A DNA stretch of 64,000 bases from Myxococcales bacterium (GTDB lineage Bacteria; Myxococcota_A; Polyangia; Polyangiales; DASUME01), in assembly GCA_047601445.1 (NCBI GenBank), contig JASGJH010000001.1:7552001-7616000 (forward strand). The letters are read 5' to 3'. Made by a program: the position numbers and the translations under genes. Shown piece by piece: positions 49,601 through 60,662 of the stretch (the first letter of the stretch is position 1; every line of letters starts with the position of its first letter). Below the pieces are notes generated by a model. That model ran no database searches and was not told the origin of the DNA. It was given only the letters and a program-made list of their open reading frames with translations.

Positions 49601-51371
49601 ATGATGCCTTCCCGCCATTCCCTGGTTTTCTTGCTGGCTGCCCTGGGCGGAAGCCTCGTTGCGGGCTGTTCGGCGGACCAGTCGCGCGACGTCAGCGGGA
49701 TCCAGGAGGACGCGGGTCTGAGCGGCGACTTCGTGGCCGAGACCGAGACCTCCCTGGTGCTGGCTCCTGGCTCCAGTCAGGACCTCACCGTTCGCTACGC
49801 CGGAGGGCCGGCCGAAGGCAATCAGGTCGAGTTCGCGGTGGTCCCGGCCGACGAGGTCTACCCGAGTGACAAGACCTTGGGCGCTGACGCCGACGCGGGC
49901 GCCACGGCTCCCCCGGGCGGGTCGCTCTCGGCCAGCAGCGTGTTCACCAACCCCAACGGCGAGGCCACCACCAGGCTCACCGTGGGGTCCACGCCCGGCA
50001 CGTTCCGGGTGCGCGCGCGCCTGGCCAGCTTCGAGCCCGTCTACTTTCAGATCACCGTCAGCGCGGACTTGTTTCCCAAGCTGATGGTCGACGTGCAGTA
50101 CGAAGGTTTGCGCGCGATCACCACGCGCTCGGCCACGGCCATCGCGGGGCTCAGCTGCGACCAGGCCATGAAGGTCGACAAGAGCGGCGCCGAGGTGCAG
50201 TCGAGCGACGACGAGGACCCCTCGGTGCTCTCGTTCTCGCTGGTGCCCGGGCAGAAGTACGCCGTGGTGGCCTGGGGACGCGACGGTACCTACGCAGAGC
50301 TCGCCACCGGCTGCACGTCCTACACGGCGACGGAGGTCACCACCAAAGCGGACGGCACGCCGCAGGCTCCTGACACGTTGTCCGTGCTGCTCGAAGACAA
50401 GCCCATGCGCTTGAACGGGAACTACCCCGTGGAGATCGCGCTCAAGGTCGACGAGTCGATGGCGCGCCTCGCAGGCAGCGCGCAGAAATCGGTCGCGGCG
50501 CTCTTGCCCGCGGGCGCCAATGCCGAAGCCAGCGCCTATCTCGACGTGGTGCACGACGTGCTGGTGGCGCAGGGCAAGAACACCGAAGCAGACAAGCTTC
50601 AAACCAGAGATCGACAACAAGGACGCGAGCCTGTTCACGTCGTTGAGCAACGTGCTCACCACGAACAAGGCCGGCTTTGCGACTTCGGGCACGGCGCTCT
50701 CGACGTTGCTCACCAGTATCGGCAAGAACATGGCGGTGCGCGGCGGCTACGGCGTGGGCACCACGAACGCATCGATGACGTTCAACGTGGGGGCCCTGGT
50801 GGCGCGCTCGGACGACGGCAAGCTGGCCTTCGATCTGATGAGCATCTCCGGCAACATGGCGCCGGTGGCCACCATCATGGCCGAGTACGACGACGCGCGC
50901 GCCGTGGTGGACGTGAAGACCCTGGGGATCGCGCTCGGGCTCGGCGCCTACGGACGTTCGCTGCTCGAAGCGCTCGGCAAGGACGACCCGAGCAAGTGGT
51001 TCGTCTCGCGCTTCAGCACGGCGGCAGGCTGTTCCGCCGTGTCCAACTGGCTGCAGAACGATGCCAACATGAAGGACGCGGGGGTTGCGCTGTGCAACCA
51101 GGACTGCGCCAACAACGTGTGTCTTGAGGTGCTCTCTTCGGTGGTCGACGCGGCGCGCGCTGGCTACCAGGACCTCGACCAGGACCACGCCAGCATCACC
51201 CTCACGGGCAAGGTCAGCGCCCACGATCGAAGTGGCGACGACGCGGTGGACGATCTCGGGCCTTCCCAGCTCACGGGCAACTGGGGCAAGGATCCGGTGA
51301 GCAATCACGAAGATGCCGTCACCGGAGACCTCAAGAGCGTTCCGGCGGGAGAAAGTTCGCTGCTCCTGTGA
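49601..51371 (+). pseudogene. Large lipoprotein with Ig-like N-terminal region; +1 frameshift near 50606 (or sequencing error)
   Basis: VAGC lipobox; CAA ACC [A] GAG ATC GAC: removing one base joins ORFs 49553..51127 and 50520..51371 into about 589 aa. Confidence 0.7.
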
Positions 51372-51847
51372 GTGGGCCCCTCAAGACCCTGGAGTCCCTG
51401 CGTGCGCAGGGGCTGCTCGAGGCGCAGCGCGATTTGCAGTCCTACGAGCGGGAGTTGAACCAGCTGCGTGAGGCACGCGAGCAGGCTCGCAAGCGGCGTC
51501 TCGCGGCGGAGAGCGCGCTGGCCAAGGTGCGCCTGCAGTTCGCGAATGCGTCGTTGTTGGCGGACTTACGTTGGCTCGAGCTCAACCTGCTCGGGGCCGC
51601 CAGAGATCTGGAGCAGGCGCTGGTCCAGGAGGGCGGGGCCGTGCGACGCGCTGCCGAGGCGGAGCATCGCTTGCGCGACGCGGAAGCGAAGGTGCGCGAG
51701 CAAGCGGTGGCCCGGCGTACCGTGGCGGTGGTGCTCGAACGTGAGCGGCTTGCGGTGGAACGGCGAGCGGAGCAACGTGCGGAAGAGGAGGCAGAGGACT
51801 CCTTCCGCGCAGGGCACTCTGTTTTAAACGCAACCCGCCGCCCGTAA
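51368..51847 (+). CDS. Coiled-coil protein, FliJ/SctO(YscO)-like
   Basis: PLKTLESLR at the N-terminus, heptad helices, ERRAEQRAEEEAED at the C-terminus; GTGA overlap with the upstream stop. Confidence 0.6.
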   Translation: MSGPLKTLESLRAQGLLEAQRDLQSYERELNQLREAREQARKRRLAAESALAKVRLQFANASLLADLRWLELNLLGAARDLEQALVQEGGAVRRAAEAEHRLRDAEAKVREQAVARRTVAVVLERERLAVERRAEQRAEEEAEDSFRAGHSVLNATRRP

Positions 51848-51922
51848 CCGCCCACCCCGAGTTCGGCTCGATTCCGCGAAATATTGCCGCCTCGAGCCAG
51901 GCTCTTTTAGGGTTTCATTCTG

Positions 51923-54316
51923 GTGCTTCGTTCTACGCGGACTCGCGCTCCCTGCCGTCGTCTCTTCGCTCGCGCGCCCGAGGGCGCGCGTCGACGTCTC
52001 CCTGCTGCGCTCGCCGTGGGCGTGCCGGCGGCCGTGCTCGGTGTGGGCCTCCTGTTCTCGCGTGCCAGCCTGGCTCCCGCCCACGCGGACGCCGTGAGCT
52101 CGGAGGCCGCCGTCAGCGCGGCCAGCTTCGACCCGGACGTGATCAAGCCTGCGTCGGGCTCCACGCTCGAGCTGGTGCTGCGCGCGCGTCGCGCGGGGGA
52201 TCTCGAGCACGCCCGTAGTCAGGCCGTGGCGGGGCTGGCGAGTGCGGATGCTCACGACGAGCCTGCGTTGCGCTGGCTCGCCGCGCAACTCACGCGTGAG
52301 CTCGGGGCCACCGCCGAGGCCGCCGAGCTGTTGATTCCGCTCGCCGCCGGGGACCACCCGCTATCGCTGTGGGCGCGGCTGTCGGCGGCGGAATGGTTGG
52401 AGGCCAAGGATCCCGGGCGCGCGCTGGCCCTGCTCGACTCGTTGCTGAGCCCTGAGGCCGAGGTGCTCGGTTTCCCGGGCAAGAATCCCGCCCAGCGTCT
52501 GCGGGCGCGTGTGCTCGGCAAGCTCGGTCGTCGCGAGGAAGCCATCGCGCTGTTCGAGCAGTTCGTGAGCGAGCTGCCCGACGAGGCGCTGGCGATTCAG
52601 GTGGTGGTGCCGCTCGCGGACCTGCTCGCCGAGGGCGACGAGGCCGACCGTGCGCGCGCCCTGGCGCTCTATCGCCGAGTCGCGCACCGGGTGCCGCAGA
52701 CCAAGGTGGGCGTGCGCTCCGAGCAGCGCGTGCACGAGATCCTGAAGTCGTTGAGCGAGCCCCTGCGCAGCTCTCTCAAGGAGCCTTCGCTCGAGGACAA
52801 GCTCTTGCGGGCCGATGCCATGTTGGCGGAGCTGCGCTACGACGACGCGCGCGACGCCTACGCGCAGCTCGAGAAGCTGTCACTCGACGATCCCGGCGTG
52901 CTGTGCCGCGCCCGCTTCGGCCGCGCCAAGGCCATGCTCGACGGACGCGCGCGCACCGAGGGCGTCACCGTGATGGCCTCCGTGGCCGAGGAGTGCGACC
53001 AGGATCCCGATCGGCGGGCCTGGGCGCGCTATCACGCGGGCCGCGCGTTTTCGGCGCTGGGGCAGAACGATCTCGCCATCGCGCAGTACGAGGCCCTCGA
53101 GCGTGAAGCGCCGGCGCATCGCCTTGCCGACGACGCCCTGTTCCGGGCTGCCAAGGTGGCGCGCGACATGGGCGACAGCGAGGGCGTCTTCCGCAGGCTG
53201 AGCCTGTTGCCCGCGCGCTATCCGGCCGGCGACATGCAGGCCCGGGCGCGCTTCGCGCTGGCTTTCCAGGCCTATCAACAGGGCGACTTGGTGCGCGCGG
53301 TGGAGGCGCTGGCGAGCGACCGCAGCGACGAGCCCGCCGAAGACGTGCAGGGACGCGCTGGCTATTGGTACGCGCGCTTCCTGGCGGAGGCCGGACAAAA
53401 GCAAGCGGCTGCCCACGCCTTTGCGGAGGTCTGCACGCGCACGCCGCTCTCGTACTACGGCCAGCAAGCCTTCGCGCGACTCTCGGCGCTCGACCCGGCA
53501 CGCGCGCGCGCCCTGCTCGCGGACCTGCCCAGGGCCCAGGCGGGCAAGCTGGTCTTCCCGCAGCTGGCCGAGTTCGCTCTGCCTGGCTTCGAGCGTGCCC
53601 TTGCGCTGCTTTCGGTGGGTGAGTTGAACCTCGGGCTCACCGAGCTGCGCGCCATCGGCCTCACCTCGGAGGCCACCGCCGAGCGCGCGTTCCTGGTGGC
53701 GGCTTTGCTCGAGCGCGCCGGCGCGCCGCACCTGGCGCTCGAGGCGGCCCGTCGCCGCATGCACGAGCTCCTGCAGCGCGCGCCCTCCGCACGGGACCTC
53801 TCGCTCTACGAGCTGGTGTATCCGCGCGCCTTCGCCCCGCTCATCGAAGATGCTGCTCACAAGGAGGGCATCCCCAGCGCCTACCTGCGCGCCGTGGCGC
53901 GCGAGGAGAGCGGCTTCTTTCCCCGCGCCGTGAGCCGCGCCCATGCCTACGGCTTGATCCAGCTCCTCGTACCCACCGCCAAGGTGATCGCCAAGAACCT
54001 CAAGCTGCCCCACGACGCCACGTCCTTGATGCGCCCCGAAGTGAACCTGCCGCTCGGCGCCCACTTCATCGCCAATCTGGCCTCGGGCGTGCGCGGACAG
54101 TTCGCCCTGGTACCCGCCGCTTACAACGCCGGTCCGGCCGCTACCGCGCGCTGGCTCGCCGAGCGCAAGCAGGAGCCCCTCGACGTGTGGATCGAGAACA
54201 TCCCCTACGACGAGACCCGCAGCTACACGCGTCGCGTGATCCAGACCCACGGCGTGTACCACTGGCTCGAGACCGGCCAGATGCTGCAGCTTCCCCAGGA
54301 GATGCCGGCGCTCTGA
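51923..54316 (+). CDS. Lytic transglycosylase (Slt family) with TPR repeats
   Basis: AREESGF, AYGLIQL.V.TA, AAYNAGP, IPYDETRSY. Confidence 0.93.
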   Translation: MLRSTRTRAPCRRLFARAPEGARRRLPAALAVGVPAAVLGVGLLFSRASLAPAHADAVSSEAAVSAASFDPDVIKPASGSTLELVLRARRAGDLEHARSQAVAGLASADAHDEPALRWLAAQLTRELGATAEAAELLIPLAAGDHPLSLWARLSAAEWLEAKDPGRALALLDSLLSPEAEVLGFPGKNPAQRLRARVLGKLGRREEAIALFEQFVSELPDEALAIQVVVPLADLLAEGDEADRARALALYRRVAHRVPQTKVGVRSEQRVHEILKSLSEPLRSSLKEPSLEDKLLRADAMLAELRYDDARDAYAQLEKLSLDDPGVLCRARFGRAKAMLDGRARTEGVTVMASVAEECDQDPDRRAWARYHAGRAFSALGQNDLAIAQYEALEREAPAHRLADDALFRAAKVARDMGDSEGVFRRLSLLPARYPAGDMQARARFALAFQAYQQGDLVRAVEALASDRSDEPAEDVQGRAGYWYARFLAEAGQKQAAAHAFAEVCTRTPLSYYGQQAFARLSALDPARARALLADLPRAQAGKLVFPQLAEFALPGFERALALLSVGELNLGLTELRAIGLTSEATAERAFLVAALLERAGAPHLALEAARRRMHELLQRAPSARDLSLYELVYPRAFAPLIEDAAHKEGIPSAYLRAVAREESGFFPRAVSRAHAYGLIQLLVPTAKVIAKNLKLPHDATSLMRPEVNLPLGAHFIANLASGVRGQFALVPAAYNAGPAATARWLAERKQEPLDVWIENIPYDETRSYTRRVIQTHGVYHWLETGQMLQLPQEMPAL

Positions 54317-54323
54317 CGAGTCG

Positions 54324-55394
54324 TCAGCGCTCCTCGAGCTCTTCCTTCAGGTCCTTGAGCAGACTCTTGGCGCGGCTCGAGAGCTTGTGGGGCACCGCGA
54401 TCTGAATCACGGCGATCAACTTGCCGCGGCCACGCCCGTCGAGCCGGGGCACGCCGAAGCCATCCACCACCACGGTCTGGCCCGGCTGGGTGCCCGCGGG
54501 GATCTTCGCCTTGGTGGACTCACCGTCGAGGGTGGGAATGCGGATCTCGCCGCCCAAGGCTGCCACCGGGAAGGGCACCGAGAGCTCGTGCAGGAGGTCC
54601 TGCCCCTGGCGCTCGAAGCGTTCGTCCTGGGCCACATCCACCGTGACATAGAGATGTCCCGAGGGACCCCCGCGTCGACCCGCTTGGCCTTGATTGGGCA
54701 CCCGCAGGGTTTGGCCGTGATCGATGCCGGCCGGGATCGTGACCTTGACCCTGCGCTGCAGCTGGGTCTCGCCAGCGCCCCGACACGCGGGGCAGCTCTC
54801 CTTGGGCATCATCCCGCGGCCATGGCAGGCAGGGCAGGTGGTGCTCAGCAGGAAGGGGCCGCGCGCGTGGGAGATCTGGCCCTTGCCGTGGCAGGTGCCG
54901 CAGGTGCTCAGTTGGCCGTCTTTGGCACCGGTCCCCTGGCAGTTCTCACAGGGCGACGGGTGGGCTAGCTCGACGTCCCGCTTGGTCCCGAACACGGCCT
55001 CGGCGAGGGTCAGGCTCAGGACTGTGCGCAGGTCCGCTCCGGCCTGGGGCCCGTCGCGCCGCCGACGCGCCTGCTGCTGGCCGAAGCCGCCGCCGAAGAA
55101 GTCGCTGAACAAGTCGTTGAACTGGCTGAAGATGTCTCCGATGTCCTGGAAGCCGGCGCCCCCGGAACCCTCCACGCCAGCGTGGCCAAACTGGTCGTAA
55201 CGACGACGCTTCCCGTCATCGCTAAGCACTGCATACGCCTCGGAACAGACCTTGAACTCCTCCTCCGCCTGGGGGTTGTCCGGGTTCCGATCGGGGTGCC
55301 ACTTGAGGGCGAGCTTCTTGTAGGCCTTCTTGACGTCTTCGGTGGAGGCACTTCGCTCGACACCGAGCACTTCGTAGTAGTCGCGCTTTTGCAT
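54324..55394 (-). CDS. dnaJ: Chaperone DnaJ
   Basis: [15 protein letters not shown] region, four CxxCxGxG motifs. Confidence 0.97.
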   Translation of the reverse strand: MQKRDYYEVLGVERSASTEDVKKAYKKLALKWHPDRNPDNPQAEEEFKVCSEAYAVLSDDGKRRRYDQFGHAGVEGSGGAGFQDIGDIFSQFNDLFSDFFGGGFGQQQARRRRDGPQAGADLRTVLSLTLAEAVFGTKRDVELAHPSPCENCQGTGAKDGQLSTCGTCHGKGQISHARGPFLLSTTCPACHGRGMMPKESCPACRGAGETQLQRRVKVTIPAGIDHGQTLRVPNQGQAGRRGGPSGHLYVTVDVAQDERFERQGQDLLHELSVPFPVAALGGEIRIPTLDGESTKAKIPAGTQPGQTVVVDGFGVPRLDGRGRGKLIAVIQIAVPHKLSSRAKSLLKDLKEELEER

Positions 55395-55417
55395 GAAAAA
55401 AAGGCCCGCGTAAGAGG

Positions 55418-55452
55418 CCGGGGCAATGTAAGGCGTTGCCCCGGTGAGTCAA
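55418..55452 (-). promoter_or_regulatory. dnaJ promoter with overlapping 9-9-9 inverted repeat
   Basis: TTGACT-16 bp-TACATT; CCGGGGCAA-N9-TTGCCCCGG at 55418..55444. Confidence 0.55.
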
Positions 55453-55604
55453 GCCCGGGCAATTTCTGTTCAGTGGGTGTCCTGGCTACCCGAGAACTCG
55501 TCATTGGCGTCAACGGCGCGAGCTAGCCCGGGTTTTCGTGCGTGCTTCCGCTGACAACTTCCAACTACCATTCCTCCAGGGATCCACATACAAACGCGGG
55601 ACAG

Positions 55605-56369
<765 letters not shown>

Positions 56370-56421
56370 GCGTCTGAGCTCGAGGCCGTAACTTCTCTTC
56401 TCTTTCTTGGGGGCTCGTCCG

Positions 56422-58989
56422 ATGTGGACGCTACTGCGTGAAGTTTCTCTGCGTCACCTGCGGCACTCGCCGCTGCGCACGGGCTTGGTGGTCTTCGGCA
56501 TCGCGCTCGGCGTGGCCATGCTGTGCGCCGTCTTGGCGGTGAACAACAGCCTCACCATGGCCTTCGAGGACATGGTGGATCGCGTGGCGGGCAAGGCCGA
56601 CCTCACGGTGGCAGGCAGCGACGCTGGCATCCCCACCGCGCTCACCGGCGAGATCGCCGACGTCAAGGGTGTGGCCCACGCGGCGGCCATGCTCGAGGTC
56701 GTCACGCGCACGCCCGACGGCAAGGGCGGCTCGCTGCTGGTGCTGGGCGTGGACTTCCTGGGCGACACCTTCTTCCTGCCTTTCGCGCAAGAAGGTCCCA
56801 ACAAGGTCATCGACGATCCGCTCGCCTTCGTGAACGACCCGACGGCCATCCTGGTCTCGGACAAGCTGGCCCGCGCCCGCAATCTCAAGATGGGATCCGA
56901 GCTCGCGCTGGTCACCAGCGAGGGGCCGAAGACCTTCTACGTGCGGGGGTTGCTCAAGAGCGAGGGCCCGGCGGCCACCTTCGGCGGCCAAGTGGTCGTG
57001 ATGTTCGTGGACGCGGCCCAGGTGAGCTTCGCCCGCGGCTACTCCGTGGATCGCATCGACATCGTGGTGAACAAGGACGCCGACCTGCAGAAGGTCAAGG
57101 CCTCCATCGCCAACCTCATCAAGGGGCGTGCTCAGGTCGAAGAGCCGCGTGGACGCACCCAGCGCCTGGTGGCCTCGCTGTGGGCGTTCAAGAATGCGCT
57201 CAACATGTCGGGCATCGTGTCGCTCTGGGTCGGCATGTTCCTGATCTACAACGCGGTCAGCGTGAGCGTGGCCCAGCGCCGACGCGAGGTGGGCATCCTG
57301 CGCGCGCTCGGCGTGGAGAAGGGTCGCATGGTGCGCCTGTTCTGCCTGGAAGCGCTGGTGATGGCGGCCATCGGCACGGGGTTCGGGCTGTTGCTGGCAC
57401 AGCAGCTGGCTCACTACGCGCTCGGTAGCGTGCAATCCACCGTGAACCGCATGTACCTGCCGAGCGAGCTGCCCTCGGCCTCGCTGAGTCGCGACATCAT
57501 CGTGGGCGGCATCATCGCCGGCTTCGGCACCACGCTGTTCGCCTCCTACGGGCCCGCGCGCGCCACCAGCAAGGTGGACCCCGCGGAGGCCCTGCGCTCC
57601 TCCAAGTCCAGCGCCATGCTGGGCAAGCTCAACACCTACAAGCTGGCGGCCTTCGGCGTGCTGGTGGTGCTCGGCTCGCTCGTGCCCATGTCCTTCGGTG
57701 GCGAAGGCAACGGCTATTTCGGCTGCGCCATCTTGATGCTCGGGCTCACCTTGTTGGTGCCCCTGGCGGTCAAGCTCTTCCGGCTCTCGGGCGTGGCCAT
57801 CGCGGAGCGTGTGCTCGGCATTCCCGGGCGCATCGCGCTCGACAACGTGGAGCGCTCGCTGGGGCGCAGCTCGGTCACGGTGGTGGCGTTGATGCTCGCC
57901 GTGGGCATGAGCATGACGGTGGGCGCCTATGCGAACGCCTTCCAGCAGTCGATCTCCGAGTGGAGCAACGACGCGTTCCCGGCTGACGCTTGGATCACCG
58001 CGGGCTCGCCGCTGCTCGATCGTCACCACGTGCCGTTCTCCATCAACGTGATGGACAAGCTCAGAGACGTGCCCGGCATCGCCGGCTTGAGTCCGGTGCG
58101 CGTGACCTTCCTCGATGTCGGCGGCAAGCGCGCGCAGATCGCCTCCGTGGACAGCCGGCTTCACATCTTCGAGGGGCAGCGCAAGGGACGTACGCGCCGC
58201 GTGATCGACGGGCCGAGCAAGCTCGACCCCACGCAGCTCGTCAGCGGCCAGCGCGTGTTGATCTCCGAGAACATGGCGCGCATCAACCACCTGGCGGCCG
58301 GCGACAAGATCCAACTCGACACGCCCACCGGCTCACGCGAGTTCACGGTCTACGCCGTGGTGATCGACTATTCGTCGGACCAGGGCTGGATCATGATGGA
58401 CCACAAGTGGTACCGCGAGTTCTGGCAGGACGAGCAGCTCGACAGCGTGGACCTCTACTTCGCCGACGGCGTGAACCAGGAGACCCTGGTGTCCGAGGTT
58501 CGCAATCGCTTGGGCGGCGGCGAGAGCCTGTTCGTGTCGCTGCACGATGCGGTGCGCGCCGAGATGAAGAAGGTGGCCAAGAGCATCTTCGCGTACGCCA
58601 AGGCGCCCGAGCTCATCACGCTCATCGTGGCGGTGATGGGCGTGATCGGCACCATGTTGGCCGCGGTGATCGATCGCATCCGTGAGATCGGCATGCTGCG
58701 CGCCATCGGTGCCACGCGCGCGCAGGTGGTGGCTAGCCTGGTGGCCGAGGCGGGCTTCCTCGGGCTCTCCGCGGCGCTGTGCGGAATCCTGGCGGGCGTG
58801 CCTCAGGGCTACATCTTCCTCAAGGTCATCGGTACGGCCACCAGCGGCTGGAACCTGCCCTACGACTTCCCGTGGGAGACAGCGGTGCGCATGGCGCTGT
58901 TCGTGGTGGGCGCCGCGGCACTCGCAGGCTTCTTGCCAGGGCGTCGCGCGGCGGGACTCGACGTGAAGGAAGCGCTCTCGTACGAGTGA
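56422..58989 (+). CDS. FtsX/MacB-like ABC permease, duplicated domains
   Basis: GIALGVA, QRRREVGILRALG and DRIREIGMLRAIGA. Confidence 0.93.
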   Translation: MWTLLREVSLRHLRHSPLRTGLVVFGIALGVAMLCAVLAVNNSLTMAFEDMVDRVAGKADLTVAGSDAGIPTALTGEIADVKGVAHAAAMLEVVTRTPDGKGGSLLVLGVDFLGDTFFLPFAQEGPNKVIDDPLAFVNDPTAILVSDKLARARNLKMGSELALVTSEGPKTFYVRGLLKSEGPAATFGGQVVVMFVDAAQVSFARGYSVDRIDIVVNKDADLQKVKASIANLIKGRAQVEEPRGRTQRLVASLWAFKNALNMSGIVSLWVGMFLIYNAVSVSVAQRRREVGILRALGVEKGRMVRLFCLEALVMAAIGTGFGLLLAQQLAHYALGSVQSTVNRMYLPSELPSASLSRDIIVGGIIAGFGTTLFASYGPARATSKVDPAEALRSSKSSAMLGKLNTYKLAAFGVLVVLGSLVPMSFGGEGNGYFGCAILMLGLTLLVPLAVKLFRLSGVAIAERVLGIPGRIALDNVERSLGRSSVTVVALMLAVGMSMTVGAYANAFQQSISEWSNDAFPADAWITAGSPLLDRHHVPFSINVMDKLRDVPGIAGLSPVRVTFLDVGGKRAQIASVDSRLHIFEGQRKGRTRRVIDGPSKLDPTQLVSGQRVLISENMARINHLAAGDKIQLDTPTGSREFTVYAVVIDYSSDQGWIMMDHKWYREFWQDEQLDSVDLYFADGVNQETLVSEVRNRLGGGESLFVSLHDAVRAEMKKVAKSIFAYAKAPELITLIVAVMGVIGTMLAAVIDRIREIGMLRAIGATRAQVVASLVAEAGFLGLSAALCGILAGVPQGYIFLKVIGTATSGWNLPYDFPWETAVRMALFVVGAAALAGFLPGRRAAGLDVKEALSYE

Positions 58990-59175
58990 GCGCACCGGCG
59001 CCCGCACGCACTGCGCCTGAATCGCGCGCGTTGTGCCGGTGTGTGTCGGGGTGAAGGCACAATTGCCTTTGTTTTCGATACATGCTCGCTGGTACGGCGG
59101 TTGCTCCGCAATGGCCAGTCGCTCGACGTCGGCCGCTCTCATTGGGGTGCACGTTCGGGCCGACCGAGGTTCACC

Positions 59176-60567
59176 GTGCAGGACGCTCCCTTCTTTCAAT
59201 CTTCGAGTCGTGCTCCCGATGCGGTCGACCGGCTCCTTCGCTCGCTCTTTCGCCGCGCAGTTCGCCGCGCCTCGTGGGGGCTGCTGCTGACCGCAGGTTG
59301 CGGCGGCGGAGGAGGGTTCGCGCCGTTCCCGTGCAAATCCAGCGGCGACTTCGACTGGCAGCTGGAGAAGATGGAGCTCGCGCGTCCAGTCGACTACGTG
59401 GCGCTCAAGATCACGAACGAGGACGCCTCCTATCAAACGTCCGTGGCCGAGCATGGCGTGTCGTGCTCGGGGGCGTCCGATTTCGACGCCTGCCGAGAGC
59501 GCCTGTCGGAGGTGGAACGTCAGCTGTTGGCGGAGATGGCTGATAGTTGTGTCGACGAACCCGACTCGGTCTGCTTCCACAGCTACTACTTGCTCACGAC
59601 GCGGGGTGACGACATCCAGGTCTGGCAATCGACGCGCCAGATCAAGGAAGTCCTCGGCTCCATCGACAGCCCGGCCGAAGCCAAGGTGTACCTGGCGACG
59701 GCCGAAGACGATAGCTTCGTGTACTGCAGCGACGCCGACCACCTTGGCTTCAGGACGACTAGCGCGGGCGTCGAGATCCGCGACCTTGTCGTGGCGAGCA
59801 CATGCAGGCCCGTGGAGGAGGCACAGATCACGCGCCTCGTGCGTCCCGACGGTCGCGTCGACGTCGTTGCGCGCGAGACGTACTCGACGGATCCGGATGC
59901 GTGCGCGGTGCCCGGTCGGCGCCCCGAGGGATTGCGCGAACCTTCTCTTCACGGCGGCCCCGACGCAGGTCAGTTCTTCGCTCGTGCCGCCTACTTCGAG
60001 GCCGCTTCCGTGCCCGCATTCGAGAAGATCGTGTGCGAACTCGAGGTGCTCGGGGCCCCCCGTGAACTCGTTCAAAAGGCTCGCCAAGCGGTACGCGACG
60101 AGATCCAGCACGCCGAGCGGATGAAGACGCTGGCCACGCGCTTCGGCGCCGAGGTCGCCCCCGTGGAGATCCGCGAGCATCCCCTGCGCCATGCGTTCGA
60201 ACTGGCCCTCGACAACGCCGTGGAAGGCTGCGTGCACGAGACCTTTGCCGCCTTGTGCGCGACTTTCCAGAGTGAGCATGCGCGAGATCCCCAGGTGCGG
60301 TGGGCCATGGCCAGCCTTGCTGAGGACGAGACCCGGCACGCAGGTTTGTCCTGGCAGCTGGCCGCCTGGTTGCTGCCGCAGCTTTCGCCGAGCCAGCGCG
60401 CACGCATTCGGCAGGCACAGCGCGAAGCGCTGGAGAACCTACGCAACCGTGTCCTGAAAGAAGAGTCGGAAGAGCTCCGCGCACTGGCTGGCTTGCCCAC
60501 GCGTGCCCAGGCGCTGACGCTCGTGGCGTCGCTCGAGTTTACCTTGTGGGGCCTGCGTGCCGCGTAG
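59176..60567 (+). CDS. Myxobacterial ferritin-like domain protein, probable lipoprotein (start uncertain)
   Basis: TAGC, GRRPEGL, EAASVPAF, DEIQHA, NAVEGCVHET, DETRHA diiron-type motifs. Confidence 0.85.
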   Translation: MQDAPFFQSSSRAPDAVDRLLRSLFRRAVRRASWGLLLTAGCGGGGGFAPFPCKSSGDFDWQLEKMELARPVDYVALKITNEDASYQTSVAEHGVSCSGASDFDACRERLSEVERQLLAEMADSCVDEPDSVCFHSYYLLTTRGDDIQVWQSTRQIKEVLGSIDSPAEAKVYLATAEDDSFVYCSDADHLGFRTTSAGVEIRDLVVASTCRPVEEAQITRLVRPDGRVDVVARETYSTDPDACAVPGRRPEGLREPSLHGGPDAGQFFARAAYFEAASVPAFEKIVCELEVLGAPRELVQKARQAVRDEIQHAERMKTLATRFGAEVAPVEIREHPLRHAFELALDNAVEGCVHETFAALCATFQSEHARDPQVRWAMASLAEDETRHAGLSWQLAAWLLPQLSPSQRARIRQAQREALENLRNRVLKEESEELRALAGLPTRAQALTLVASLEFTLWGLRAA

Positions 60568-60662
60568 GAACGGGCACAGGATGGGCAGCAAAGCCAGAGG
60601 CCGAGTCGCATGGCTGCGCCTCGGCCTCGAGCAGAGCCCTAGCTGGAGAACCGCCTAGACCT

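Noticed and set aside
55418..55444. Canonical CIRCE element before dnaJ
   Set aside because: The geometry matches but the sequence does not match TTAGCACTC; reported only as an unknown palindrome
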